Positions 23,080 through 34,884 of a stretch of DNA of 40,114 nucleotides are shown piece by piece. The position numbers and the translations under genes are program-made. Source of the DNA: Octopus bimaculoides (Eukaryota). The DNA lies in assembly GCF_001194135.2 (NCBI RefSeq), contig NC_068982.1, forward strand, positions 134,872,269-134,912,382. The letters are read 5' to 3'. The notes beneath the pieces were generated by a model. It was not told where the DNA came from. It did not search any database and saw only the letters and a list, made by a program, of their open reading frames with translations. Positions within the stretch are counted from its first letter, which is position 1. Every line of letters starts with the position of its first letter.

Positions 23080-23334
23080 ATGTGTCAGGGTTAATAGTAG
23101 TTGTGTGTGTATGTGTATGAGAATGTTGAGTGAATGAACATGCCAGCTGTCGTAAGTGCTAATTTACGTGGGTGTTTATTTTACGTAAACATGTGTGTGT
23201 ATGTATGTGTGTGCGTACGTGTGTGTATGCGTGCGTATGTGTGTGTGCGTGTGTGTGTGTATGTGTGCGTGTGCGTACGTGTGTGTGTGTGTGCGCGTGC
23301 GTGTGTGTGTCTATTTGTGTCAGTTTATGAGAAG

Positions 23335-23650
23335 ACGCGTCGCTTAGCGGTTAGGGTATTTGACTCACGATTGCAAGGTCATCAGTTCGATACACGGTGC
23401 TGCGTTGTGTCCTTGAGCAAGACACTTTATTTCACATTGCTCCTGTCTACTCAGCAGCCAAAAAATGAGTTGTACCTGTATTTCAGAGGGCCAACCTTCT
23501 CAAATTCTGATTCACGCTGAATCTCCCCGGGTACTACGTTAAGGGTACACGTGGTCTGTGGAGTGTTCAGCCACTTGCACGTTAATTTCACGAGCTGGAT
23601 GTTCCGTTGATCGGATTAACTAGAACCCTCGCCTTCGTAATCGGCAGAGA
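23335..23650 (+). mobile_element. SINE family C, tail type 3
   Basis: CGCGTCGCTTAGCGGTTAGGGT...CAGTTCGATAC...GCGTTGTGTCCTTGAGCAAGACACTTTATTTCAC. The 3' 130 bp (CTACGTTAAGGGTACACG...GTTCCGTTGATCGGAT) is shared with the 36137 copy. Confidence 0.8.
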
Positions 23651-23894
23651 GGCAATTTTATTTGAGTCAGTAGTATGCATGTGAATGTTCAATGTGACAT
23701 AAGCCAGCTGTTGTGTGTGTGCTTGTGTGTGTGTGTCCAAGATGTATCTGTGTCTGTTTATTCGTTTGGTATATGTCGACATCTGTGTGTGTGTGTGTGT
23801 GTCTTTGTAAGTGTATGTGATGTAGATATGTTTATGTAGTGTACGCGTCTGTACCTGATGAGTGTTTGTTAATGCGTCAATATTAGATGTGTGT

Positions 23895-24479
23895 AAGGCG
23901 GCGAGCTGGCAGAAACGTTAGCACGCCGGGCGAAATGCTTAGCGATATTTTGTCTGGCGCTACATTCTGAGTTCAAATTCCGCTGAAGTCGACTTTGCCT
24001 TTTATCCTTTCGGGATCGATTAAATAAGTACCAGTTACACACTGGGGTCGATATAATCGACTTATTCCGTTTGTCTATCCTTGTTTGTCCCCTCTATGTT
24101 TAGCGCATTGTGGGCAATAAAGAAATAAGAAACGTTAGCACGCCGGGTGAAATGCTTAGCGATATTACGTCTGCCGTTATGTTCTGAATTCAAATTCCGC
24201 CGAGGTCGGCTTTGGGTAATAAAGAAATAAATATAAGATGTGTGTGTAAGGCGGCAGAATCGTTAGCATGCCGGGCAAAATGCTTAGCGGTATTTCGTCT
24301 GGCGCTACGTTTTGAGTTCAAATTCCGCTGAGGTCAACTTTGTCTTTCATCCTTTCGGGGTCGATAAATCAAGTACCAGTTATGCACTGGGTTGATGTAA
24401 TCGACTAGGCCCCTACCCCCAAATTCCAGGCCTTGTACCTTCAGTAGAAAGGAAAATCGTTAGCATGCCGGGCAAAATG
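23895..24479 (+). mobile_element. SINE family B head-to-tail multimer (at least 4 units, runs into gap)
   Basis: Unit starts at about 23897, 24130, 24248 and 24455 (A[A/T]CGTTAGCA[C/T]GCCGGG). Confidence 0.85.
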
Positions 24480-25400
24480 NNNNNNNNNNNNNNNNNNNNN
24501 NNNNNNNNNNNNNNNNNNNNNNNNNNNNNNNNNNNNNNNNNNNNNNNNNNNNNNNNNNNNNNNNNNNNNNNNNNNNNNNNNNNNNNNNNNNNNNNNNNNN
24601 NNNNNNNNNNNNNNNNNNNNNNNNNNNNNNNNNNNNNNNNNNNNNNNNNNNNNNNNNNNNNNNNNNNTGTGTATTTGAAAAACAGTCTAAAGAAGTACTT
24701 AAAGAAACTGAGAGTTCAATCTCAGAACTGACCTTCCTGTTAAGCTCCTAATAAATTCTTGTGCTCTGTGGAGGCCCGCTGACATAGCATGTGTGCGTGT
24801 GTGTTGGAGGGGTGGGGTGCGAACCGCACAGGACGGCCACTTCATATTATATACGTTTGCTGTAGTCATTTTATATTAGTTTCATGGAAGACGGCAACCA
24901 ATTTGGTAATCGAAAAAAAAAAAAAACAGGCGCGAGGAAAAACCGATGCTGCGCCAGTGGGAAGGTCGGGGACTCCGAATGCAAAACAAAACCGAGAGAA
25001 CTACTGGTGGTATGCTCCTCCGAATGGAAATGATGAATGGTAGGTGATCCGTTGTCGTGCTTGATATTCCTTAGGTTCTTAATGAACCTGTTAGAAAATC
25101 TAGGCCAGCTTGTTCACTGTGTGCCAATGTGCATAATCGTCATTTTCAGCGGTATATAAAAGCTCTTAGATATACTGGCGATGCAGCCTGAAATATGGAA
25201 AGAGTGATCATTAAGTGTGGCAAGGGTCGTAGTGTTGGTGAGGTAAGGGTAAGTGTAATGACATGGCTGAAGAAAGATCAAGGTTATGTGGAGAATTTAC
25301 GGATCTCTCAAAATACGATGGTAGGAAAAGCTTATACAGCATGCCGTAGCGCGTGCTGGCACGCTATACAATCTTATCTAGTGTTTTCAGAGGCATGAAA

Positions 25401-26315
25401 CTAATGGGAACGCGAATCAACCAGTAGTAAGTGTGCTCGAAGATAGGCTGATGGACGTCGGCGATTGTGAATGCCCATGTTGAGCCGATGTTGAGAGAAA
25501 GGCTGGAACGACCGTACGCCTCGATTGTGGAGCCGTTGACGGCTGTTAAAGGTTGGTCCTCCTTTCCGTAACGGAGGTCCCTTGCTGACGCTAACTTCTC
25601 CGCCTGTGTCGATTAGGAACCTACGTCCGGAGCTCCGATCGTGGACATAGAGGAGCAGATGATCGTGTTTGCCGGCCACCAGAGTATTCAATGGCGGCCG
25701 GCCCTGGAGTTCCCCGGGGTCGATGGCTAAAGAGTCCTGAAGCTACATGGTTGTCTGCACTTCGTAGCCTTTTCCCCGAACTCTGTGTGGAAGAAGCACA
25801 AATCGTCTTGTTTAACTCTACTACGTCTCGGGGCCGACCCTATGGCGTTGACCATAACACCACTGGATAAAAACAAATGTTTGTCGGCTGCTTTCGCTAA
25901 CTGCCGCAGGTCCTTGATCTCGGTCTGAGTTATAAGGGCCTGGACCTGGGATGGTAACTTGCGGGAAAATATTTCCCTAAACAAAAATGAAGGTGACTCA
26001 CTGGGGGGAACTAATGCCAACATCTTGTCCATCAACTCCGAAGGCTTGGAATCGCCTAATTCTTCCTCCAGTATCTTGCTGTCGCTTCCCGGTCGCTCCG
26101 CCGGAATGTATCCACCAGCCTGTTATTCTAACGTGGTGTATTTGATGGGGGTTGGGTTAAAATGTCCAGCACCCTCGTTACCGTGTCTAGTGCCGCCATT
26201 ACGCACGAATATTTCGTTAGGTCTGAAGTTATTTTGCGTATGTTAAATTGCGCTTCCGCTTGCGCGAACCATAGCTCAGCCCTCTTCGGCTAGAATTGTG
26301 GTCAGTTTAGTACTG
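25401..26315 (-). mobile_element. Ty3/gypsy CsRn1-clade LTR retrotransposon remnant: gag + aspartic protease
   Basis: Gag: ELWFAQAEAQFNIRKIT, LGDSKPSELMDKML and the CsRn1 signature C-x2-H-x9-C-x3-C (CFFHTEFGEKATKCRQPC). Protease: RFLIDTGGEVS. It carries stops and frameshifts; no RT, integrase or LTR was recognised. Confidence 0.85.
25671..25715 (-). other. gag-pol -1 ribosomal frameshift signal (slippery heptamer + stem-loop)
   Basis: Minus strand GGGGAAC - TCCAGG - GCCGGCCGCC-(12 nt)-GGTGGCCGGC. The protease frame is -1 relative to gag, whose TGA lies in the loop. Confidence 0.6.
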
Positions 26316-26892
26316 TTTTGCCAATTAAAAATGTAATGTGATATTTCTGTGTGTGTGTATGTGTGTTTATTCTTACGTATGTCGCCAAGCCAGGCTATCA
26401 TAATCAAGTTTGTTATACAACGGGTAAAGAATCTGTCCTCTGAGCTCTGATATGTTAAAGTCTCCTTATGCATCTCAATAAAATATAGTTCATTCTTAGA
26501 CACCACCTCCATTGAGGAACCAAAATAGTATTCCCATTGAAATTAATTCACCGATTTGGTAAATTAAATAATGGTACTGATAAATTTCCCACATATCCGT
26601 CTCATTCACTTTCTATATTTCTAAGTTTTGGCCAATTAAAGTTCCCCAAGTTTTCTGTATTTCCCTTTTGAGAGCAAAATTCATTAACGATAATGGCGTT
26701 TCTTCTCGCTACAATAAAGATTTTAATTGATTGAAATTTATTTTTGGTTCACGACCTTAAGTATGGAAGCCCACACTGGACTGTATATTCTACAAGCAGA
26801 AGATGAAACTGACAAGTTCAGAATACGTTCATGGATTTAGGGACATTATTGTCAAAAAGTTAACACAAAGAACTCAGAGGAAGAAATATTAG

Positions 26893-27038
26893 TTTGTTTA
26901 CGTCCCCGTAACGTAGTTGTTGGTCATAACAGTCCAATAGAATAAGTACTAGGGTTTAGAACAAGAACATAAAGTAATGGGGTTTCAGAGTTTTAGTCGA
27001 ACGAATGTTCGACTAAAACTCTGAAACAAGTAAAAGAT

Positions 27039-27042
<4 letters not shown>
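26893..27042 (+). mobile_element. SINE family A, 3' fragment
   Basis: GTTTACGTCCCCGTAACGTAG...AATAGAATAAGTACTAGG...CTGAAACAAGTAAAAGATA. Confidence 0.65.
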
Positions 27043-27096
<54 letters not shown>

Positions 27097-27849
27097 NNNN
27101 NNNNNNNNNNNNNNNNNNNNNNNNNNNNNNNNNNNNNNNNNNNNNNNNNNNNNNNNNNNNNNNNNNNNNNNNNNNNNNNNNNNNNNNNNNNNNNNNNNNN
27201 NNNNNNNNNNNNNNNNNNNNNNNNNNNNNNNNNNNNNNNNNNNNNNNNNNNNNNNNNNNNNNNNNNNNNNNNNNNNNNNNNNNNNNNNNNNNNNNNNNNN
27301 NNNNNNNNNNNNNNNNNNNNNNNNNNNNNNNNNNNNNNNNNNNNNNNNNNNNNNNNNNNNNNNNNNNNNNNNNNNNNNNNNNNNNNNNNNNNNNNNNNNN
27401 NNNNNNNNNNNNNNNNNNNNNNNNNNNNNNNNNNNNNNNNNNNNNNNNNNNNNNNNNNNNNNNNNNNNNNNNNNNNNNNNNNNNNNNNNNNNNNNNNNNN
27501 NNNNNNNNNNNNNNNNNNNNNNNNNNNNNNNNNNNNNNNNNNNNNNNNNNNNNNNNNNNNNNNNNNNNNNNNNNNNNNNNNNNNNNNNNNNNNNNNNNNN
27601 NNNNNNNNNNNNNNNNNNNNNNNNNNNNNNNNNNNNNNNNNNNNNNNNNNNNNNNNNNNNNNNNNNNNNNNNNNNNNNNNNNNNNNNNNNNNNNNNNNNN
27701 NNNNNNNNNNNNNNNNNNNNNNNNNNNNNNNNNNNNNNNNNNNNNNNNNNNNNNNNNNNNNNNNNNNNNNNNNNNNNNNNNNNNNNNNNNNNNNNNNNNN
27801 NNNNNNNNNNNNNNNNNNNNNNNNNNNNNNNNNNNNNNNNNNNNNNNNG

Positions 27850-28040
27850 ACCGTTGACTGAACACTATTCAATTTTTTTTCTCCGTGTTTTTCTCCTTGT
27901 CTCCGTATTCTTTCTGTTGAAGAGCGTAGCTCGAAACGTCAAAGACTTTCCGTATTCCCGAGCGTCATACTAATACATCCTTTTGTTATTTACACCACCT
28001 GTCCTCGTCTGTTGTTGTTTTTTCGTACATTCTCCCATAT
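27850..28040 (+). ncRNA. about 200-bp dispersed repeat with hammerhead-like motif (family H2, copy 2)
   Basis: TCTTT(27909-13)-CTGTTGA-A-GAGC-GTA-GCTC-GAAA-C-GTC-AAAGA(27941-45), with perfect helix I and II. Both H2 copies end in TTCTCCCATAT. Confidence 0.6.
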
Positions 28041-28531
28041 CTACTCCAATAGATTCTTCAGATTAAAATTTTTTGAAGGGATTCGTCTCTTTTTATAGTA
28101 TTATTGAGTGTGTAGGGGTGGAGAGAGAGAGGGGAAAGAAAAAAAAGTAACGTAGGGTGTATAGGATAGTAAACGAGGGTGAAGAATGGGGAGAAAGTGA
28201 GAAAAAATGTGTGTGTGTTTTTGTGTGTGTGTGTGTTTTTGTGTGTGTGTATGTGTTTGTGTGCCTGCGTATCTGAAAGGAGTGTCAATAGAAAAGAGAA
28301 AGAAAGAAAGAAGGAAGAGAGAAAGAAGAAAGAAATGTGTTTACATCTATACAGCTAGTCAGTTCTTTCAATAGATGACAAGTTGATTCTTGGTCTTTAA
28401 AAATGGCAAAACCAGGTGGCTACGCTAAGCGGGGTCTGTTTTGATGAGGAATAATAAAAGTTAATTTTCAAAAAATTGTCTAGACTTATTATCATCATCA
28501 TCAACACTGTCCAGTGAGTGAGAGTGTGTGC

Positions 28532-28570
<39 letters not shown>

Positions 28571-28701
28571 GCGTGTATGTGTGTATGTTGCGTGTGTTGT
28601 GTGTGTATGTGTGTGTATGTGTGTGTGTGTGTGCTTTGTGTGTGTGTGTGTGTGTGTGCGTGTGCGTGTATGTGTGTATGTTGCGTGTGTTGTGTGTGTA
28701 T

Positions 28702-28732
<31 letters not shown>

Positions 28733-28963
28733 CCAGTGTATCTGAAAGGAGCGTCAATAGAAAAGAGAAGGAAAGAAAGAAGGAAGAGAGTAAAACACAC
28801 ACACTCTCACTTTCTTCCCATTCCTCACACACTTTTACTATCTTATACACCTCACATTACTTTTCCCTCTTCTCTCTCCACCCCCTACACACTCAATAAT
28901 ACTATAAAAAAGAGACGGATCTCTTCAAAAAATATTTAAATCTGAAGAATCTATTAGAGTAGA
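28040..28963. mobile_element. foldback element with about 170-bp terminal inverted arms and internal direct repeats
   Basis: 28040-28215 is the reverse complement of 28791-28963 (TCTACTC(C/T)AATAGATTCTTCAGATT...GAAAGTGAG). A 60-bp unit is repeated at about 28260 and 28730, and a GT-rich unit of about 105 bp is duplicated within 28517-28732. Confidence 0.8.
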
Positions 28964-29487
28964 TGAAAGCGCTAATATATGATTTATAAAAACATGTGAC
29001 ACATTAATAAAAATCTGTAAATGTACAACCATCCAGATCTCTGAGTACCTTATTCTTTCTAATATATATNNNNNNNNNNNNNNNNNNNNNNNNNNNNNNN
29101 NNNNNNNNNNNNNNNNNNNNNNNNNNNNNNNNNNNNNNNNNNNNNNNNNNNNNNNNNNNNNNNNNNNNNNNNNNNNNNNNNNNNNNNNNNNNNNNNNNNN
29201 NNNNNNNNNNNNNNNNNNNNNNNNNNNNNNNNGTCACTTTTAGGTCACTTTAAATAAAACCCTTGATTCAATAACACTGTATAAACTCATACTTGGAATG
29301 ACCAATTTTAAAGACTATTGGATTTTACTCATAAGGTATTGGGATCTTATATGTATACCATTCTGCCTAAATAATGGATCTACAAATACAATATCCCTGC
29401 ACATCTCACATCTATTTTCGTTCCTCCACTTCACTCTCTATTTCATATCCTATCTAAATTAATTATTGCTTAACCATCTTCTCACAC

Positions 29488-29592
29488 CGTTTCCGATGAA
29501 GGGATATAATAAATATCCTGGAAACAGCTGTAAGACCTATTTATAAATGTTCTAAAATTTACACAGCCTTGGTTTTTTTTTAATCTCATTAC
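29488..29592 (+). ncRNA. hammerhead-like repeat family H1, copy 2
   Basis: CCGATGA(29493-99)-A-GGGATAT-AATAA-ATATCCT-G-GAAA-C-AGCT-GTA-AGACCT, with the downstream 70 bp matching 8230-8285. Confidence 0.55.
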
Positions 29593-30929
29593 GAAAAGTA
29601 ATTATATATATATATTATTTTATCTAAAAGAGTTCCAACTCTGTCTGTTTTTTATGTTTTTTATTTATATTCTTGTAAAATTTATGTGGGATATAGAATA
29701 TGGAATATTTGATATATAATATATAAAAAGATGGATGGTACAATGAAATAAAGTATTGAATGTCTTATTGAATATATGAAATATTGAGTGTTCAATATAA
29801 AGGATTAAATATATAAATATATAAAGGCGAATACGTATTTTCTATACCTTGTGGTATTTCATCATGGCCGGTATGACAGACTGTAACATATATATATATA
29901 ATAATATAGATTTAATCAAAAGATTATAACCTATTGAATTTTTGTTGCTTAANNNNNNNNNNNNNNNNNNNNNNNNNNNNNNNNNNNNNNNNNNNNNNNN
30001 NNNNNNNNNNNNNNNNNNNNNNNNNNNNNNNNNNNNNNNNNNNNNNNNNNNNNNNNNNNNNNNNNNNNNNNNNNNNNNNNNNNNNNNNNNNNNNNNNNNN
30101 NNNNNNNNNNNNNNNNNNNNNNNNNNNNNNNNNNNNNNNNNNNNNNNNNNNNNNNNNNNNNNNNNNNNNNNNNNNNNNNNNNNNNNNNNNNNNNNNNNNN
30201 NNNNNNNNNNNNNNNNNNNNNNNNNNNNNNNNNNNNNNNNNNNNNNNNNNNNNNNNNNNNNNNNNNNNNNNNNNNNNNNNNNNNNNNNNNNNNNNNNNNN
30301 NNNNNNNNNNNNNNNNNNNNNNNNNNNNNNNNNNNNNNNNNNNNNNNNNNNNNNNNNNNNNNNNNNNNNNNNNNNNNNNNNNNNNNNNNNNNNNNNNNNN
30401 NNNNNNNNNNNNNNNNNNNNNNNNNNNNNNNNNNNNNNNNNNNNNNNNNNNNNNNNNNNNNNNNNNNNNNNNNNNNNNNNNTATATATATATATATATAT
30501 ATATATATGACTTTTTGACAGGAAGGATAACAAAAGAAAGAAAGAGACTTCAATATTATGCAAATAGACACATACACATATGATATGTATTTATATATTT
30601 ATATGTGTGTGCGCGCGTGCGTGTATATATATGCATATACATATATGTTTGTCAATATATGCGTGTGCTTGCGTATGTATGTGAGTGTGTGTGTGCGTGT
30701 GTACATGTGTATTTGCGACCGCTATAATATACATTACAGTTTGTGTCGCCATGTTTAATGTTTATAACATTTAATGTGCTTTGTATATATATATATATAT
30801 ATAATCTTGAAAAAAAGCCCCCCCCCCCGCAATAAAAACCCAAAACAACAAAAATCAATCCTGAAATAATCTCATATCTAACAGTAAGCTCTAAATTTAT
30901 GTGAGCGTGTGTGATGGTGTCTCTTATTT

Positions 30930-31130
30930 CAATGAGTTTGATATCAATCTAATACATAAATGAAAGAATTGTGATCGCCACAGTTTTTATTGGAGTTTCT
31001 GGCAGACATTTTGTTAATGGTCGTTGTGGGTATATATATGTCTTTATGTTATTGGGAATCAAAGTTGATCCCGTCATTAGGATGTTGGTTTACTGTTGAC
31101 AGTCCATATCTTATTAGAGCTTGTTGAGTG
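30930..31130 (-). mobile_element. possible very decayed R4-like RT N-terminal fragment
   Basis: The minus frame MTGSTLIPNNIKTYIYPQRPLTKCLPETPIKTVAITI resembles GxTxLIPK...NYRPITCLPTMYKLLTSII. Confidence 0.3.
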
Positions 31131-32564
31131 AAGCTCTTTCTCAACCACATACACACCCACTGCCTATATGTGTCCACTACTGGTTACATATCCTTGACTC
31201 TTTGCGAAGATCGTCTGCCGACATTATGAAGTAATTCTGAGCCCCTAGAAACGGTTGTCAGACCTGTAACACCATGCCATTTCCCCTTAATTTTCTCTGT
31301 CTTTCTAATCTGTGTAAGTAAACTTACTCTGTTAAAATATGAATATCTATATATTTATACACGAATATTTATCGTCTGAATATTTTCAGTCATTATTTTC
31401 TCTCTATTTAAATGTTTATACCTATGCATATTTTGTATATCCAGCCCAAGCAGTTTTATTTGATTATTTGTATCATTATCTGCCCACTTGGATTCCTCTT
31501 ATATTCACTCTTTACCCAGATCGGAAGNNNNNNNNNNNNNNNNNNNNNNNNNNNNNNNNNNNNNNNNNNNNNNNNNNNNNNNNNNNNNNNNNNNNNNNNN
31601 NNNNNNNNNNNNNNNNNNNNNNNNNNNNNNNNNNNNNNNNNNNNNNNNNNNNNNNNNNNNNNNNNNNNNNNNNNNNNNNNNNNNNNNNNNNNNNNNNNNN
31701 NNNNNNNNNNNNNNNNNNNNNNNNNNNNNNNNNNNNNNNNNNNNNNNNNNNNNNNNNNNNNNNNNNNNNNNNNNNNNNNNNNNNNNNNNNNNNNNNNNNN
31801 NNNNNNNNNNNNNNNNNNNNNNNNNNNNNNNNNNNNNNNNNNNNNNNNNNNNNNNNNNNNNNNNNNNNNNNNNNNNNNNNNNNNNNNNNNNNNNNNNNNN
31901 NNNNNNNNNNNNNNNNNNNNNNNNNNNNNNNNNNNNNNNNNNNNNNNNNNNNNNNNNNNNNNNNNNNNNNNNNNNNNNNNNNNNNNNNNNNNNNNNNNNN
32001 NNNNNNNNNNNNNNNNNNNNNNNNNNNNNNNNNNNNNNNNNNNNNNNNNNNNNNNNNNNNNNNNNNNNNNNNNNNNNNNNNNNNNNNNNNNNNNNNNNNN
32101 NNNNNNNNNNNNNNNNNNNNNNNNNNNNNNNNNNNNNNNNNNNNNNNNNNNNNNNNNNNNNNNNNNNNNNNNNNNNNNNNNNNNNNNNNNNNNNNNNNNN
32201 NNNNNNNNNNNNNNNNNNNNNNNNNNNNNNNNNNNNNNNNNNNNNNNNNNNNNNNNNNNNNNNNNNNNNNNNNNNNNNNNNNNNNNNNNNNNNNNNNNNN
32301 NNNNNNNNNNNNNNNNNNNNNNNNNNNNNNNNNNNNNNNNNNNNNNNNNNNNNNTATATATATATACATATAAATTATTTGATAAAGTAGTTTGACTTTA
32401 GCGTCCCTTTCCAACGTGTAGCTTTACTTAAAGAAACAGCCCTTAATGTAATAATGTATTTTAAAAAACCATACACTTCGTATTAATTTTTCATCTTAAC
32501 TGTTTTAGACGCTGGCTACTTCATAGAATATTATATAGATTTTATCCTTATATTTAATTCATAC

Positions 32565-32960
32565 GTAGGAGTGGCTGTGTGGTAAGTAGCTTGCTTACTA
32601 ACCACATAGTACCGGGTTCGGCCCCACTGCGTGGAACCTTGGGCAAGTGTCTTCTACTATAGTCTCAGGCCGACCAAAGCCTTGTGAGTAGATTCGGTAG
32701 ACGGAAACTGAAAGAAGCCCGTCGTATATATGTATATGTATATATGTGTGTGTATGTGTTTGTGTGTCTGTGTTTGTCCCCCAACATCGCTTGACAACCG
32801 ATGCTGGTGTGTTTACGTCCCCGTAACTTAGCAGTTCGGCAAAAAAGGCCAACAGAATAAGTACTAGGCTTCCAAAGAATAAGTCCTGGGGTCGATGTCC
32901 TTGACTAAAAGCGGTGCTCCAGCATGGCCATAGTCAAATGACTGAAACAAGTAAAAGAGT
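32565..32960 (+). mobile_element. SINE family A, full length
   Basis: Collinear with 2866-3266, including the internal TA/TG tract and the ...TGACTGAAACAAGTAAAAGAG end. Confidence 0.9.
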
Positions 32961-34429
32961 ATATAAATATATACATATGTACATGCATACACATGTGCGT
33001 GTATGTGTGTGTGTTTATATGTTGTGCATGAGAAATCTAAAAGTCTACCTAAACATTACACTATATACAAAAGTATATTAAAAATAAGTGCAGTTATGAT
33101 ATAACGGGTATGTAATTACTAAAAGACACAGATGCACACAATTGAATTAGCTTGTATAAAAATAGTATAACAATATGGCATAAAAGTAGCAATAATATAC
33201 CATAAATGGAAAAAAGATCATGGACAAAGAAGGAATAAAAGTGACTGTAAATATAACGAAATAGAAGTAAATATTGTATATTAACGTTATAAATGGAAAA
33301 TGAAAAATCTATTAGACATAGACTAGAAAGATTTATTTGTAAGAAAGAAAGAAAGAATATAATGAACATGTTACCAACATAAATCAGGTAATATCCATAT
33401 TTGAACAAATAAATATAAGTTGATAAAACCATATAAATTGTCTATGATAATGCCTTTGGATAAATCTGACGAGAAATATAAATAGTGAGAGAGGAATAAT
33501 AATTCAGTTTAGAGATACAGTCGGATATACAAAACTCAATCAAATTATAATCAGAAAATCAAAGAATTATGAAATATACAATTAGAATAGAAATGAAAAG
33601 TATATGAATGAATGATAATTGAATAAACGAGAGATGAATATTATATTGGCAGTAGAGCTGTTGATATTATTAGGTGATATCCGTAAACATATTAAAACAT
33701 ACTGAGAGATAATATGCCATAAAGATTTGCTTAGTTACAAATGCCAGCGAATATAAGGGGATATTTTGAAGAGGAAACAATAAAGGTAACGAAAGAACAT
33801 ATTTGATAGAAGAAACAAAAGAGATATGCAATGCTTTATAATAAAGAAAGATATAAATCATGAGGCGGAAGATAAAGAAAGAGCCAGATAATGAGGTATA
33901 TAAATCAGTTTGGCTTGTCGATGGAGTTTATCTTTGGGTTTTACCACTTATACATATGCATATATATACATACATATATATGAGTAAATGTAAGGATAAG
34001 CAAGTTTGGCAAGTGGATATACAAAAGATATTAAATACATTTAATACGAAAATGTACATATGTAAGCGTATAAAAAGTCCGACTTACACAGAATATAAAT
34101 GACATCAGGTATTAAATGGGTTGAGTAAGAAATTTACGAGTCTAACAGCTGTTTGTGAGGGCTTGGTGGTCCAAAATAATGATTGTAACTTGATTCCATC
34201 ATCGGATACTACCGGCCTCCGTCTTCAGGGAAGAATTTTACACTTGAGTTGTATACAGAACGGAGTTTAAAGATACATATGTACATTTTTCGTATTAAAT
34301 GCATTTAATATTTTTTGTACATCGACTTATCTAACTTGCTTGTCCTTATATTTACTCCTCTATCTGCTCAAGTTCAAATCACTTGAGCACTATGAAGTAT
34401 ATTCTATATAGAGAATACCTGTCTCTAAT

Positions 34430-34442
34430 CTATCTATCTATC

Positions 34443-34517
<75 letters not shown>

Positions 34518-34650
34518 ATATATACCTATCTACACACACACACACATACACACACCAAACATACACACACGCGCGCGCGCACCTACATGACACATACACA
34601 CCAAACACACACACACACACACACTATCTATCTATCTGTCTGTCTGTCTA

Positions 34651-34725
<75 letters not shown>

Positions 34726-34750
34726 GTCTGTCTGTCTGTCTGTCTATCTG
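34430..34750. repeat. compound (TATC)n/(CA)n/(TGTC)n microsatellite
   Basis: Seen directly. Confidence 0.95.
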
Positions 34751-34792
34751 TATATACATACATACAAACATACATATATAAATATATTCTTT

Positions 34793-34846
34793 TATTCTAT
34801 TCTTTTACTTGGTTTAGTCGTTTGACTGCGGCCATGCTGGAGCACG
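34793..34846 (-). mobile_element. SINE family A, 3' tip
   Basis: Reverse complement GTGCTCCAGCATGGCCGCAGTCAAACGACTAAACCAAGTAAAAGAATAGAATAAAAGAA. Confidence 0.7.
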
Positions 34847-34884
34847 CGCACACAGACACATAGAGACACAAATATATACCCCGT

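Noticed and set aside
23895-24479. Repeat-spacer appearance suggesting a CRISPR array
   Set aside because: The context is eukaryotic, the units are SINE monomers over 100 bp without unique spacers, and there are no cas genes.
33094-33432. 112-aa hydrophobic ORF suggesting a membrane protein
   Set aside because: The F/L/I/Y richness is the expected translation of very AT-rich DNA, with no motif or splice context.
34141-34234. Minus-strand CTGAAGA...CAAACAGCTGTTAGA resembling family H1
   Set aside because: GAAA is mutated to CAAA, stem II is long and irregular, and helix I is weak. At best it is a decayed relative.
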